The notes beneath the pieces are model-generated. The model searched no databases. It was given only the letters and a program-made list of their open reading frames with translations, and had not been told where the DNA came from. Position numbers and translations under genes: made by a program. A DNA stretch of 64,000 nucleotides from Epithemia pelagica (lineage: Eukaryota > Protista > Bacillariophyta), in assembly GCA_946965045.2 (NCBI GenBank), contig OX337234.1, forward strand, positions 2,232,001-2,296,000, read 5' to 3'. The stretch's first letter is position 1. Every line of letters starts with the position of its first letter. Below are positions 41,176-53,366 of the stretch, one piece after another.

Positions 41176-43071
41176 CTATTCCAGATGGGCCGTCGGTTGC
41201 CCTGTGAAATCGGTTACACGTTCGATTTCTTTCATGACACGAAGGCATTGCTCATCCCGATACATTGGAGTCATTACACTCACAGACATTGGCATTCCCG
41301 CGCAGCCCTCCATATTTTCTGAAACCATCTTCGCGATTACATCGCGTTGATCAACTGGAAGTTCTTCTGGTTTATAATACTTGGCCTCCACGTTCGAGAC
41401 CTTGGTCACGGGTACAACCCCGCTGGGCCACATGAGCAGATTAGCCAAAAACATGTAAGAGCATGTTGAGGTGAGCTTGCCGACCGTCGAATGCTTAAAA
41501 GCTGGAACTGGCATGCCAGGGAAAATCACTGCATCAATCCCAGACTTTTCGAACGCCATTTCCCACTCCCGTCGGAGGAGGAAGAGATCTGCCAACAATT
41601 CCCCAAACTCTCGAGCGGACAATCCCTGGCGACGAGTCTGTTTCACCAAATGACCACGCCGCTTATCCAACAAGAAGTGCACAAGAATGAACCGTACAAT
41701 ATCTGGTAACTTGGTCGCCATAATAAGTGTATTGTACTCATCCCAAGCCTCTTCACCTTCAAGAGCATCCATAAAAGACTTGAAACTCCCTTCGGCTCCG
41801 TTGATAGCAACAAGTAATCCGTATGTGTACCATCCATCTCGTGGTGGTGTGAAAGGAACACATTTATGTCCAGCTTTTTTCAAACCGTTTATAGTGTCGT
41901 GAACCGCTCGCTTGGATGTTCTGCAAGGTTCAAACCAACCGTCGGTATCGAAATATCCAACCGTGAGGCTTCCCTCTGCTGTGTAAGCACGTTCATCGAA
42001 TGGAAGAGGGGCCATATTCTTATCGCCATGAAACAACTGTGGAACCCAGTATCCTTTCAGAAAAAGAGCGATGTCATCTACACATCGAGCCATGGGCGCA
42101 TTGACGGCAGGAATGAGCACTGCTGTATTAACTCGATCATTCTTTCTTGGCTTCATAGAGCCCTTCATCGATGACCGGCTGGATGTTGGTTTGAAACCAA
42201 CAATTCCCGTGAAGCAGGCTGGAATACGAATACTCCCTGCAACGTCGCTACCCACGGCCATGTGCACACATCGTGCAGCCACCAAGGCCGCATCTCCACC
42301 GGAGGATCCTCCTACACCTCGACTCAAATCCCATGGATTTCGAGATCGTCCCCAAATACGATTGTACGTCTCATGCAACATCATTACCTGGGGAACATTG
42401 CCTGTGCACATGGGAATTGCTCCAGCTTTTCGTACCACCTGAACAGTCAATGAATCTTCCATTGCTCTTTTGGACAAACGGCATGCCAAGCCCCCAGTGG
42501 AGTAAGTTCCCTTGACAGTGACACACTCTTTGATAGAGATAGGAATTCCGTAGAGAGGCGGAGCATTTCTTTCAGTCACCATATTTGAACCAATCTTTGC
42601 CTGACAATCTTGAGCTGTCCAATAGGCTTCGTCATACAGTTCTTCGGCAATTGCATTCATGCCCTCTTCCATGTTGAGATTGAATTTGCGACAGGTTGCC
42701 GCAAGCATTGACACGTGATCTGGCAAACTCAACTGCTTCTTCAAAATGGCTCTTCGCACTTGCCAACCAGTCAATTCCATGGCATCTTGGTCACCGACTT
42801 GCTGCGAGGATGATGCTTGACTCAAGACCGAATGCTTTTTCTTGGCACGTTCCTCTCGAGCTCGAGCAATCCATTTGTCGTACTCGCGTCGAATCGAACT
42901 CGTTCGCACTCGGTCCGCAAGCAAGTAACCTCCCAAGAGGACTGCAATCGCGGTCGTCACCGACGGCGCAAACACTGTGATGGAGGTCAAAAGACCTTGC
43001 GCGTCGTTTTCCATGGTTCTGTCGTCGTCCTCGTCGTTGTCGACTCTCGACTCTCGACACGAAAGATTCAT
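41176..43071 (-). CDS. Amidase-signature enzyme, fatty acid amide hydrolase-like
   Basis: PLYGIPISIKE (Lys), GGSSGGDAAL (cis-Ser), GSDVAGSIRIPA (Ser nucleophile), and an N-terminal TM. Confidence 0.93.
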   Translation of the reverse strand: MNLSCRESRVDNDEDDDRTMENDAQGLLTSITVFAPSVTTAIAVLLGGYLLADRVRTSSIRREYDKWIARAREERAKKKHSVLSQASSSQQVGDQDAMELTGWQVRRAILKKQLSLPDHVSMLAATCRKFNLNMEEGMNAIAEELYDEAYWTAQDCQAKIGSNMVTERNAPPLYGIPISIKECVTVKGTYSTGGLACRLSKRAMEDSLTVQVVRKAGAIPMCTGNVPQVMMLHETYNRIWGRSRNPWDLSRGVGGSSGGDAALVAARCVHMAVGSDVAGSIRIPACFTGIVGFKPTSSRSSMKGSMKPRKNDRVNTAVLIPAVNAPMARCVDDIALFLKGYWVPQLFHGDKNMAPLPFDERAYTAEGSLTVGYFDTDGWFEPCRTSKRAVHDTINGLKKAGHKCVPFTPPRDGWYTYGLLVAINGAEGSFKSFMDALEGEEAWDEYNTLIMATKLPDIVRFILVHFLLDKRRGHLVKQTRRQGLSAREFGELLADLFLLRREWEMAFEKSGIDAVIFPGMPVPAFKHSTVGKLTSTCSYMFLANLLMWPSGVVPVTKVSNVEAKYYKPEELPVDQRDVIAKMVSENMEGCAGMPMSVSVMTPMYRDEQCLRVMKEIERVTDFTGQPTAHLE

Positions 43072-44478
43072 TTTGAGTCTTGCGATTGAGATCTAATCTC
43101 AGTCACGCCACAATGAAAGAAAGTTCAAGATACGGCGAAGAAAGTTAAGTCACGCGCCATTTTCTGGGGGACGCGCGAGCCGTGACACATACTCGCGGAG
43201 GAGCTTTTGCACTTTGCACCTCGACTTCTACAATCCACCATGTCAATAACAATAATAACTCATGGATTCGTCAACAGTCAACAGTCAACACACCGATCGT
43301 GATCGTCGCTACAGCTACAGTGGGAAATGTAATGAACGCATCTCAAATCGCAATCGCATGCCGTGTCTGTGTCTACAAACCAAGCAATCTTATTTCGGTA
43401 GTGTTTCTAAGAGGCGTTTTTCGACCTCTTCCTCTTTCGATAGTGCAAATTGCAAATACGGCATGAAGAGAACACGTTAAATCGTGGAGACGAGATCGAA
43501 ACTAATCTTCTTTGGCAACACTTCCACCACAGGGAACAACCATGGTGGTTGAAGAATATGCTACAATCGTGATTTTCATCGCATTTTCATACCGCTGTGT
43601 TTGTTCTCTAGCAATCTGCCACTACGCATTCAATAAAGTAGTGCCAAAGAGTTTGAAACAGACCATATTGAGTTTTTCCTGAAGTCTAAGACCTTATGTC
43701 ACCATCATTCTCGCTGTTTTCGCTCCATACTCCATATGTTCGTAGCCACAGGCATCCAGAGGGACTTTGATCGCTGGTTCGTCCTTGACACTTATACCCA
43801 TCATTTCGTTTTCAAAAGCATCCACGAGGATACAACATTTCTTCATGGTCAGAGTATAAAGGAACAATCATGTCCTTTTTGTTGTTCTTCCGAAAGATCC
43901 AACTCTTGACGAGACATTCTCTTGTTGCGCTGGTTGAGATTTTTAGGCAACATGTCAATCTCGTCAGTTACGTCGACCCAGCTATGCTGGCGCGCGCGGG
44001 ATGCGCTACAACCGAGATGGACGCACAGTGTCAAGTCGTGTAGAACATGGTACATCCTCACGGTGGTAATTTTGAGTTTTGTCAGAGCGAGGAATGGAGC
44101 GCCGGCACCAACTCATTGGATGGAAGGAGCGCATCGCGATCCACCTCTCCTCGTGCAATCTCGGGTTGTGTTGTCTTTTTTCGATTGACTACACAAGACA
44201 CACACGACGGCACAAAGAATTCAAACAAGGCGGAAAAACCGTGAAAAAGGACAGTTCAATTCCTCACAGGACATTATAGCGTCTTAGCATAACGAATCAC
44301 GACAGAGGTGTGTTGCACCAGCGGTGCGGAAGGACCACTTGAAGAGACTGCATCAAAGGCTAGCGGGTATCTTTGGATTGGACCATTGATATCCTTGTTT
44401 TAGAGCTCGAAGCACCACGTGCTGGAAGGCGTCTTTGTTCCTTTTGTTCGTCGTTGTGCGGTTGTTGACGTTGAAGAC

Positions 44479-47400
44479 ATGGTGCGGAGAAAGAAGCAAC
44501 GTGAGCGGGAACCCGTCCCGTTCGATTCGATTGATGTTCCTGCGCTTCCAGCATCGACATCGGTTCTTCCACCACCGGAACGCGTCAGCTATCGATCTCA
44601 ACAAGCACATTCTTCTTCTTCAACTCGTGCCAATTCCACCAGTCCGTTGAAACAACGCATGGGTCGACGAGGACGATCCCCCTTGCGATTTCTGCGCCGG
44701 AAATTCACCCGGTCCAGTTCTCCCGTGGATCAACGAGGACCCCATCGGTTCGAAGGTGCGGTAAACAATCCCAATCTTGTGGACGCCAATGGGAACCCAA
44801 TTCTCTTGTTGAAAGCGCCTCCACCAAGCAACAACAATGGTCGAAGAAATAGCAACGATCGACAGCTTGTTTCCTATACAGGAGGAGGCCATCGTAGTTC
44901 ACGAGATGGCCAATTGGGACTGAGCGTTGTGTCGCCCTTGACACAACCCTCCTTTTATTCCCACGGAGAAAGTTCCGAAGGTGGCATTGTTACCAATCAA
45001 GCCGTGGTCTGGGATGGAAGCAGTCATCGCATCTACTCCTCAGCAGAATCGGAGGACCAAGCCAAAATTGTCATTTATAGTAGACCTTCTCATTCGTCAC
45101 AGCGGGGCGGAAATGCGTCGTCCGATCAAAAGTCACCCGTGGTCACAGTATCCTTTCCTTGCGATGAAAAGAAGGAAGATGATGATGAGAGTAGCGGTGG
45201 TCGACCGAAACGGACCACCTTGACGATTGTTCCTAATCAAGATGAAACGGAAATCATTTTTGAACACCACCGGAATCGCAAAGGGCATCCGTCCAAACCA
45301 AAATATACCATTCACCAAGTGGAATCGCGCGAATCCGAGGAGGGCTATGGCGTGAGTGTCTTTGAAAGTGCTTGGCAGCAGTCGACGGGTGCCTTACCCG
45401 AGTCTGCAACGGCTGCCACTTCTCCCACCACCAAATCACACAATCTCTCCTCATCGTCCTCCTCCATGGGCCATTTTCATGGAACCACACGATCGCATGC
45501 GGGAGGTGGCAACAACAACAAGTCCTTGCAGCACTCGTATGTATCACATGGTTTTGACGTTTCAACCACATGCTCGGCTGCCTCGACTTCCATTGCACTC
45601 CTCGAGGTGGACGAACAATCGCGTCAAAAAGAAAAAGGAGACGATAGTCTCGCCATTCTTCACAGTAATGTGGAAGAAGAGGAGGAGGAGGAGGAGGAGG
45701 AAGAAGATGAACACAAGGAGGAAATTTCGGAAGTCAACATTGATTCCCTGTTTTTGGATGATCCTTCCGCAATTACGGAGAACCTGCTTCATCCCGACCA
45801 GTCCGTAGACCAACCAGAAGCCTCCTCACGAAGTTTCCTTCCCAGGCTAGACGACGAAGAAGACGAGGCCGATAAAGTGGACGGGTTGCCAGGTACTACG
45901 GATCCATTGTCGCTGTCCTCGAAGGGCAAGAATGACGGAATACCCCAAACATTAGAAGTGGATGTTTCACGTAAACGGCTTCGAAGAGGAAGCAATTTCA
46001 GTCTATACGTTAAGGAGTCATCAAATTCGCTCTCCATGGCTAAACCTGACAACGGCAACGTCACAAGAAGAGATTCTTCCGCTGCATCCAACCAGCCACT
46101 CGGCGATATCCCGAAAGCTATACCACCACAGAAACAACCCGATTCCACCGCCGAGCCCGATGACAAAGCTTCCCTAATGAGCCATGTTGTGTTTATTCTT
46201 CTGCTCGACCCCAAGTCCAAGTTTTTCGAGTTGATTCGAGTAACCTTCCCTCCAGCTTCCACAACGATTGGGGACATTCTTGCCATGATTCCTCGCAATG
46301 CCACTGAACAAGTCTTGGTCAACCAACGATACAGTGGTCTCGTCCGACCTCGACCGGGAGCCAAGCCGTGGACAGACAAGACGCAACTGGCAAGTGTCAT
46401 GACGAGCACGAACAGCAACCAACATCCCTCTGCACTGATTGTCTCGGGGGAAATTTTGATTGCCATTCCCTACGAATATGCCACCAAGTATGTCTGTCGT
46501 TTGGGACGGCAAATCCTGGCTAATGAGCGAATTCAGTCTCTACTGGATAATATTGATACTTCTCAGCCGTCAAGTGAGTCGAATGAGAACAGTAAGAAGA
46601 GACGTCTTAGCCCCGGCCGATCCGGCTCTTCCACAACTAGCCGTGATAGACCACAAGGGCTGAATGGAGATGACTTTATTGCCGAAGGTGTGTCTGAGTC
46701 GTTTGCAGATAATATCGCCCCGTTTCCTCCCACAACCACAAGAATGAACAGCCGCAACGCCGACCTGAACCAGACACCTCCAGCTGCCAAAAACCAAGAA
46801 ACTGCGGCCCAGATCGAGACGCTCGCTTCCATTGCGCAACTGGCAGCCTCAGTTCGTACGTCGTCGTCCACCGGAGCGTATGCAATGCCGAATACACTCC
46901 AAACCAGCTTTAGCAAGGACCCCCCAAATGTGGTCTCACCCTCTGATGAATCTGCATGGACAATGCCTCACGGAGCATCATCGTCCTCTTCGGTAGCCTC
47001 CTCAAGGGCTGGCAGCAAAATGTCGCGGCAGCAAAGATCACCAGTGGATGGGGATGACGCCGATAGCTCGTCACAAGGGCGGCCTCATTCTCCTCTTGGT
47101 CCTATGGTCCAACGAAAGATTTTGGAGCTCGAAGAACGTTTCCACTCATCAAATTCCTCACACGCAGATGGAGATGACGACGACGAGGGTTCCTACCCCA
47201 GCTTGGAAACTTTCCAAACGACTACAGAGAATTCCAAGAACAGTGACTCTGAATGGCAGAGACGAGAGGCCCAGAATGGGCTTGACACCAGTATGGAACC
47301 CAAGACTATTAAGAGGGAGAATAGGTCCCATGGGCTCAACAGGGATTCCAATTCATCTGGTTCTTCTTCGTTGCCCCAGAGACGCTTCCTGGATTTTGAA

Positions 47401-48111
47401 AACTGCCATAACGGTAGCAATGATGTTACTTCTGCTGGAAACGGGTCGAACAATCCTTTTAACCGTTCCTCTGCAAACGGCTGTCGATTTTATCATGATG
47501 ACAACTCTTCTCGTTACAGCAAGGGTCAGTCATCTGAGCACACGCCTATCTTTCATCAACATGATCATGAGCAGCCTCATCATGTCTTCGGTGGACCAGG
47601 CAGGTTCGATGACAACGACTCTCAGTGGAGTGTTGACATGAGCTACTCTTCATGGTCTCGATCTGTGGACTCTTCACTAACCCATCGTCGTCTTGTTGAC
47701 GCTCGGGCTGGTTCCAGAACGACGTCGCTCTTGCACGAACCACAATCATCGTCCTACAGCACAGGTCGCCGTATGAAGCAACGCAGAATTATTCGGAAAA
47801 TGCGCCGCTACTTGGCGGCTGGTCTCATTCTGGTGATTTTCTTGTACACGTTCGACTCATCGGGTCCTGTTCTCCCGCATAGCCACAGCCGATTTGCCTG
47901 GGCCTCGTGGCATTCTCAGGACAAGATACAGGGTCCCTTGGGTTTCTTTGGTTTGCTACAGTTTTCCGTTGCGTTGGTGGCTCTTATCAAGTTTCAATTG
48001 TTTCTACAGCAATCGCCGGATGCCGAATGCAAGTGCCCATTTATTCATGGATGTGCGGTGTACTTTGATAACTTACGGAGACGGAAACGCAATCGCCACG
48101 ATCCATCGTAG
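44479..48111 (+). CDS. Large low-complexity membrane protein with a central ubiquitin-like/RA-type segment
   Basis: Uninterrupted ORF of about 1200 codons. Globular segment VVFILLLDPKSKFFELIRVTFP...TTIGDILAMIP...YSGL; poly-E tract at 45673-45705; two C-terminal hydrophobic helices. The fold call is an inference. Confidence 0.75.
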   Translation: MVRRKKQREREPVPFDSIDVPALPASTSVLPPPERVSYRSQQAHSSSSTRANSTSPLKQRMGRRGRSPLRFLRRKFTRSSSPVDQRGPHRFEGAVNNPNLVDANGNPILLLKAPPPSNNNGRRNSNDRQLVSYTGGGHRSSRDGQLGLSVVSPLTQPSFYSHGESSEGGIVTNQAVVWDGSSHRIYSSAESEDQAKIVIYSRPSHSSQRGGNASSDQKSPVVTVSFPCDEKKEDDDESSGGRPKRTTLTIVPNQDETEIIFEHHRNRKGHPSKPKYTIHQVESRESEEGYGVSVFESAWQQSTGALPESATAATSPTTKSHNLSSSSSSMGHFHGTTRSHAGGGNNNKSLQHSYVSHGFDVSTTCSAASTSIALLEVDEQSRQKEKGDDSLAILHSNVEEEEEEEEEEEDEHKEEISEVNIDSLFLDDPSAITENLLHPDQSVDQPEASSRSFLPRLDDEEDEADKVDGLPGTTDPLSLSSKGKNDGIPQTLEVDVSRKRLRRGSNFSLYVKESSNSLSMAKPDNGNVTRRDSSAASNQPLGDIPKAIPPQKQPDSTAEPDDKASLMSHVVFILLLDPKSKFFELIRVTFPPASTTIGDILAMIPRNATEQVLVNQRYSGLVRPRPGAKPWTDKTQLASVMTSTNSNQHPSALIVSGEILIAIPYEYATKYVCRLGRQILANERIQSLLDNIDTSQPSSESNENSKKRRLSPGRSGSSTTSRDRPQGLNGDDFIAEGVSESFADNIAPFPPTTTRMNSRNADLNQTPPAAKNQETAAQIETLASIAQLAASVRTSSSTGAYAMPNTLQTSFSKDPPNVVSPSDESAWTMPHGASSSSSVASSRAGSKMSRQQRSPVDGDDADSSSQGRPHSPLGPMVQRKILELEERFHSSNSSHADGDDDDEGSYPSLETFQTTTENSKNSDSEWQRREAQNGLDTSMEPKTIKRENRSHGLNRDSNSSGSSSLPQRRFLDFENCHNGSNDVTSAGNGSNNPFNRSSANGCRFYHDDNSSRYSKGQSSEHTPIFHQHDHEQPHHVFGGPGRFDDNDSQWSVDMSYSSWSRSVDSSLTHRRLVDARAGSRTTSLLHEPQSSSYSTGRRMKQRRIIRKMRRYLAAGLILVIFLYTFDSSGPVLPHSHSRFAWASWHSQDKIQGPLGFFGLLQFSVALVALIKFQLFLQQSPDAECKCPFIHGCAVYFDNLRRRKRNRHDPS

Positions 48112-48588
48112 TCAATGTGGAGTACATGCACCGGTTTCATGACGATCTGGTTTAATAGGAGTAACAAAGTAAACTGCTGTGAATGGATTGAAAGGCACTT
48201 TTCGTAATGGATCGATAGTGGACTGCACAGAAAATAGGATTAGGAGTTGACTTTGTGTCTCATGTCTCATCTATCACGATCACAGGATTAGCTATCGAAG
48301 AAATGAAGATAGGAGTACGATGCGATTTCATCAACTATTGCGGTAGGTAGATTCTCCTTATTGTGAGGTCATAGATAGGTAATGTAGGTGCGCACACACT
48401 ACCTGGTGACAACCGTTGATTCTGACAGATAATTCGACGCTTTTCAGAAGGTGTGCGAAGCGCCCGGTTGTTGGATGCGCCGAGGTGGTCTTTTTTGGAA
48501 GCTTGGAATGTCTCCATGATCGAAAGTTCAGTCATTAGCTTTGCTGTGTTGCCGAGATCTGATCAAGACGCCGCAATCGACTACGACA

Positions 48589-51500
48589 ATGGTACGTTCA
48601 ACTGTGGTTCAAAGGTCCGGCAGCATAATCGTTGAACGGAAGAGATGAAATGGTTGAATGGTTTGACTGGGTGCGATAAACAGGAACAATGATCGGAATG
48701 AGATTGCTGGTGGGCATTGGAAATCCATGTGTGTACTTACTTCCATGTCTTCTTTTTACCTGTAAATTTAATTGTGGGCGCTACGAATTGTTTGCTGCAC
48801 CTTTGTTTTCTCTTTCCTTGGTTGGGTTGGTGTCCTCCCTGTTATGTGAACTTTCCTGAATTATGAACAAATCAGCCACTGCGATTAGATATCAAAAAGA
48901 AACTCAGCGCTAGCTCTGAGCGTGTGAAATCTGTTGATTTGCATCAATCAGAGCCATGGGTTCTTGCCGCTCTCTACAGCGGAAATGTCATGATTTGGGA
49001 CTACGACTCAGGATCATTGGCCAAATCGTTTGAGGTATCGGAGCTTCCTGTTCGCTGTGCCAAGTTTGTGTGCCGGAAACAATGGTTTCTCGCCGCTTCC
49101 GACGACATGCGATTGCGTGTATTCAACTACAATACAATGGAGAAAGTTAAGGAATTCGAAGCTCACGCTGATTACATTCGGTGCTTGGAAGTCCATCCCT
49201 CTCTCCCGTATGTTTTGAGTAGTTCGGATGATATGACGATCAAACTGTGGGACTGGGATCGTGGGTTTGAATGCACTCAAATGTTCGAAGGCCACAATCA
49301 TTATGTGATGCAAGTCAAAATTAACCCCAAAGATACAAACACCTTTGCATCTGCTAGTTTGGATCGCTCGATCAAGGTTTGGGGGTTGGGATCACACGTT
49401 CCCCATTATACTCTTGATGGTCACGAAAGAGGAGTCAATTGCGTTGATTACTACCCTTCTGGCGACAAGCCGTATATCTTGTCCGGAGCCGATGATCGAA
49501 CTGTCAAAGTTTGGGACTACCAAGTATGTCTGCTATCTGTGTATCGGAGTTCATGGATCACATCTGGTATCTCACCTGTTGGTGGTCTTTATGTTTAGAC
49601 AAAATCAATTGTTCACACGCTGGAGGGACATACTCACAATGTTTGCAGCGTTATGTTCCATCCAAAGCTTCCAATCATTGCATCCGCGTCTGAAGATGGT
49701 ACGGTCCGAATTTGGCAGTCGACTACGTACCGTGCCGAAACCACTTTGAACTATGGCATGGAGCGTGCATGGGCTTTGGCTGCATCACCTGAATCCAACA
49801 AACTTGCAATTGGATTTGATGAAGGGTGTGTCTGTATCGAGCTTGGTTCCGATGATCCCGTTGCTTCGATGGATACAACAGGAAAGGTCGTATGGGCGAC
49901 GAACAATGAGATAAAGACTGCATCGGTGCGCGGTGTTGTAGGAACTGGGGAGGACACCTTACCCGATGGAGAACGTTTGCCAATTATCCCTCGTGATTTG
50001 GGTTCTTGTGAGCTGTTCCCCCAGATGCTTAAACACAACTGCAATGGTCGTTTTGTGGCTGTATGTGGCGACGGAGAATTCATCATCTACACCGCCCAGG
50101 CTTTGCGTAACAAGGCGTTTGGTCAAGCTCTCGATTTTGTCTGGTCAGGTGTCGGTACAGGGGATTACGCCATTCGCGAGACAATTAATCGCGTCAAAAT
50201 CTTCAAGAATTTCAAAGAGGCCCAAACGGTTGTCCCTGCGACAGCTGCAGCGGAGGGTTTGTTTGGAGGCCACATGATTGGGGTCAAAGCAGGCGATGGA
50301 GCTGTTCTATTTTATGATTGGGACAGTGGAACATTTGTCCAGAAGATTGATTGCGTGCCTAAAGAAGTGTACTGGTCTGACAGTGGTAACATGGTTCTCA
50401 TTGCATGCGAAGGGTCGTCTTACGTTCTTTCGTTCAACGCGGAAGTCACCTCGCATGCTATTGCCACCGGACAAGTCTCTGCCGAGAATGGAATTGACGG
50501 GAGTTTTGAACTTTTGTATGAGGTAGGCGACACCATTACCTCCGGGAAATGGGTAGGTGATTGTTTCATCTACGTGAATAATGTTGGTCGATTGAACTAC
50601 AGCGTTGGAGGTCAGATCGAAACGTTGGTCCACTTGGATACATCTTCTGGTGGATCGACCCAACACAGTATCCTCGGTTACCTTGCAAAAGAAGATCGCG
50701 TCTATTTGATCGACAAGACTCTCAATGTTGTGTCGTACAAAGTCATGCTTGCTGTCCTCCAGTATCAAACTGCTGTCATGCGAGGTGACTTTGACTCTGC
50801 GAACGAGCTGCTCCCCTCTATTCCCATCGAAGAGTATACCAAGGTGGCTCGATTTTTGGAATCCCAAGGGTTCAAGGAAGAAGCGCTTGCTGTTACACAA
50901 GATCCCGATCACAAGTTTGATCTTTCCCTTGAGTTGGGTCATGTGGATACTGCTCATCAGATTCTCCTCGAAACACCGGAAGAAGATAAGGAATCTACGG
51001 ATACGCATGCCAAATGGAAGCGCTTGAGTGATGCCGCTTTGAAAGACACCAATCTTGAGTTGTGTGAATCTGCCAGTATTTCAAGCCATGATTTTTCTGG
51101 TTTGTTGTTGCTCTACAGTGCTACGGGCAATCTCGCAGGAATGGAACGTTTGGCCGGTCTCGCAAGTGAGAGTGGAAAGACCAATGTCGCATTTGTGGCT
51201 CACTTTCTGACAGGAAATGTGGAAGCATGTGCTGACTTACTGATCTCCACCAAGCGTTTGCCCGAGGCCGCGTTCTTCGTGCGCACTTATCTGCCCTCGA
51301 AAATTGACGAAGTCGTCTCACTGTGGAAAGAGGATTTGGCACATATCAGCGAAACTGCAGCCAAGGCCTTGGCTATACCAAAAGAAAACGCAGAGCTCTT
51401 CCCGGATATGGACATTGCTTTGCAGGTTGAGCAAATGTTTTTGGCACAGCGTGAGAAAACCAAGACCACCGGTATACCCGCGAAGGACTACTTGACGGCA

Positions 51501-51773
51501 AAAGACGACCTTGACTTGAACCTTATCCAACTCATCAAAGCTCGATCTCAACCTCCTCCCCCGGAACCATCTGAAGAGAAAACGGATGATGCGGCTGTTG
51601 CAGCTGAAGCAGCTGCTGCAGCGGCAGCGGCGGCTGCACAAAAGGAAGTCGAAGAGGCAGCAGCAGCTGCTGCCGCTGCTGAGGCAGCCACAGAAGCGGA
51701 ACCGGCTCTCGTGGATGCACCGGTAGAAACTGAAGCAAAAGATGATAATGACTTCGGGGATGACTGGGAGTGA
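48589..51773 (+). CDS. COPB2: Coatomer subunit beta' (WD40)
   Basis: ATG micro-exon 48589-48591 plus intron 48592-48875 restores [11 protein letters not shown]. Intron 49524-49598. Motifs [56 protein letters not shown]. Confidence 0.97.
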
Positions 51774-52229
51774 TGTCCGTATAATTGACTGACAATAAAA
51801 AGCAAACCTGTCTTAGACATAGTGTTGTCTCAGTTTCAAGCGAAATCAAGCCTAGAATGTTTACTCCTACGATATTTTTCGTTTGAACCAGCTTTGTTGA
51901 CCGATAAGGAAAAAGGTGCAAACAAAGCCCATCTGCGACGAAAAGATCCACATAGTTCAGTCATGCGGGTCTGAATACTCATCTCAAAATAAGACGTCGT
52001 CGTCCATCACAGATATAAAAAGCCTGTGACTGCATCTTTCTTACTAGAGACGTCGCTGCTGGATGTTTATTGGTTAACCTGACCAGTTCTCGTCATATTT
52101 CTTACTTTGACTACGAACGAAACAAGTAGACATCAATTCCGACAGGACAGCTCAGGATCAGGACCCCAACAGCCAACACACCCCGTTGTCACTCTAAGAG
52201 TCTAATAGCAGACTGTCCCTGACCACAGG

Positions 52230-53105
52230 ATGCCGAAATTGAAGAGCGAACTTTCGGTTGTGCCGTTTCCTGTCAATTATGTTTTGATACTTTTCCTGGT
52301 GCTATCATTGTTAACTTATCGAGAAGACACACTACTGGCCACAGTCTCAGCATTTTCATTTGCTTTGATATCGAACCAGAAAGCTAAAATGAGAACAAGG
52401 TTTCTTGAACTGACAACAGGGCCGGGTCCATCCAGGGCTTGTCTTGTGTTACCACCTCAATTTGTCGTTAAAGAGAATACCGAAGTCCCTCTAGACTCCG
52501 ACGACGATGCAAACGAACAGGTGACATCTGTGGGCATGGAATCGGAATCGACTGTGTCCGAGGAAGTTGAGTTTATGGCCACCTTCGTTGCCAACCGATT
52601 AGGCCGTATATTACTGAACAAGATGAAGATGAAGGAAAAGCATTCGGTATCGGCCACCGACGAAACACAATTGTCCGAGGAGGTTCCTCCGTCACCACCT
52701 GTTTTGTCGGATAGTCAAACGCCAGTGACCGACATTGAACCTTCCATAGAGACGGTTGCCAAAGATCCACTTCCTGACGAATCTGTCCCAGACTCTGTTG
52801 AAGCAGATCCACTTCCTGACGAATCTGTACCAGACTCTATTGAAGCAGATCCGCTTCCTGCAGAATTGTCAACTGTTGATTCATTGAGTCTCCCCGACGA
52901 ACTGGACATGACCGGGTCGGCAGAGTCCGACGTCGAAGAGAGTTCGGAGATTCTTCAAAGCAATAGTACAGTTTTGGGGAAGTGTGTAACTCTGGTTCCA
53001 TCATTGCCACCAGAGATTTCATTGTCGTTTGGTCGAGCGCTCGAGGTGCTTCAAGAGAGAATACCACCGTTGCAAATACCAGTACTTGCCTCCAAGGCTG
53101 CGTAA
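52230..53105 (+). CDS. Hypothetical acidic low-complexity protein
   Basis: 291-aa ORF with no recognisable family. The start may be the downstream Met (MRTRFLEL). Confidence 0.5.
   Translation: MPKLKSELSVVPFPVNYVLILFLVLSLLTYREDTLLATVSAFSFALISNQKAKMRTRFLELTTGPGPSRACLVLPPQFVVKENTEVPLDSDDDANEQVTSVGMESESTVSEEVEFMATFVANRLGRILLNKMKMKEKHSVSATDETQLSEEVPPSPPVLSDSQTPVTDIEPSIETVAKDPLPDESVPDSVEADPLPDESVPDSIEADPLPAELSTVDSLSLPDELDMTGSAESDVEESSEILQSNSTVLGKCVTLVPSLPPEISLSFGRALEVLQERIPPLQIPVLASKAA
52764..52866 (+). repeat. 42-bp coding tandem repeat (DPLPDESVPDS[VI]EA, about 2.5 copies)
   Basis: gatcc.cttcctg starts at 52764, 52806 and 52848. Confidence 0.9.
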
Positions 53106-53366
53106 TAAAATCTTGTGGTATAAAAGCTCCTCCCTACTGGTAGGATACTATATACTGAGACATCGCGGCACGTTCGCAGAGTGCGATAATTGCTTCCAGT
53201 ACCATACGACTAGAGATTAGAGCAGAAGAGAGGTTGATCTGGAATACAGATCGCCGGCTGCGTTCAATGAATGCATCTGGTACAGATCCTTCTCTATTCT
53301 GCAAATCTATGGATAAAGACGAGCTCTACGAAGTTTGACGTTCTATGACATCCTTCAAATCTTACG

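Noticed and set aside
43480-44061. Short minus-strand frames with protein-like stretches (possible gene relic)
   Set aside because: All frames have multiple stops and no recognisable motif, so no family can be supported.
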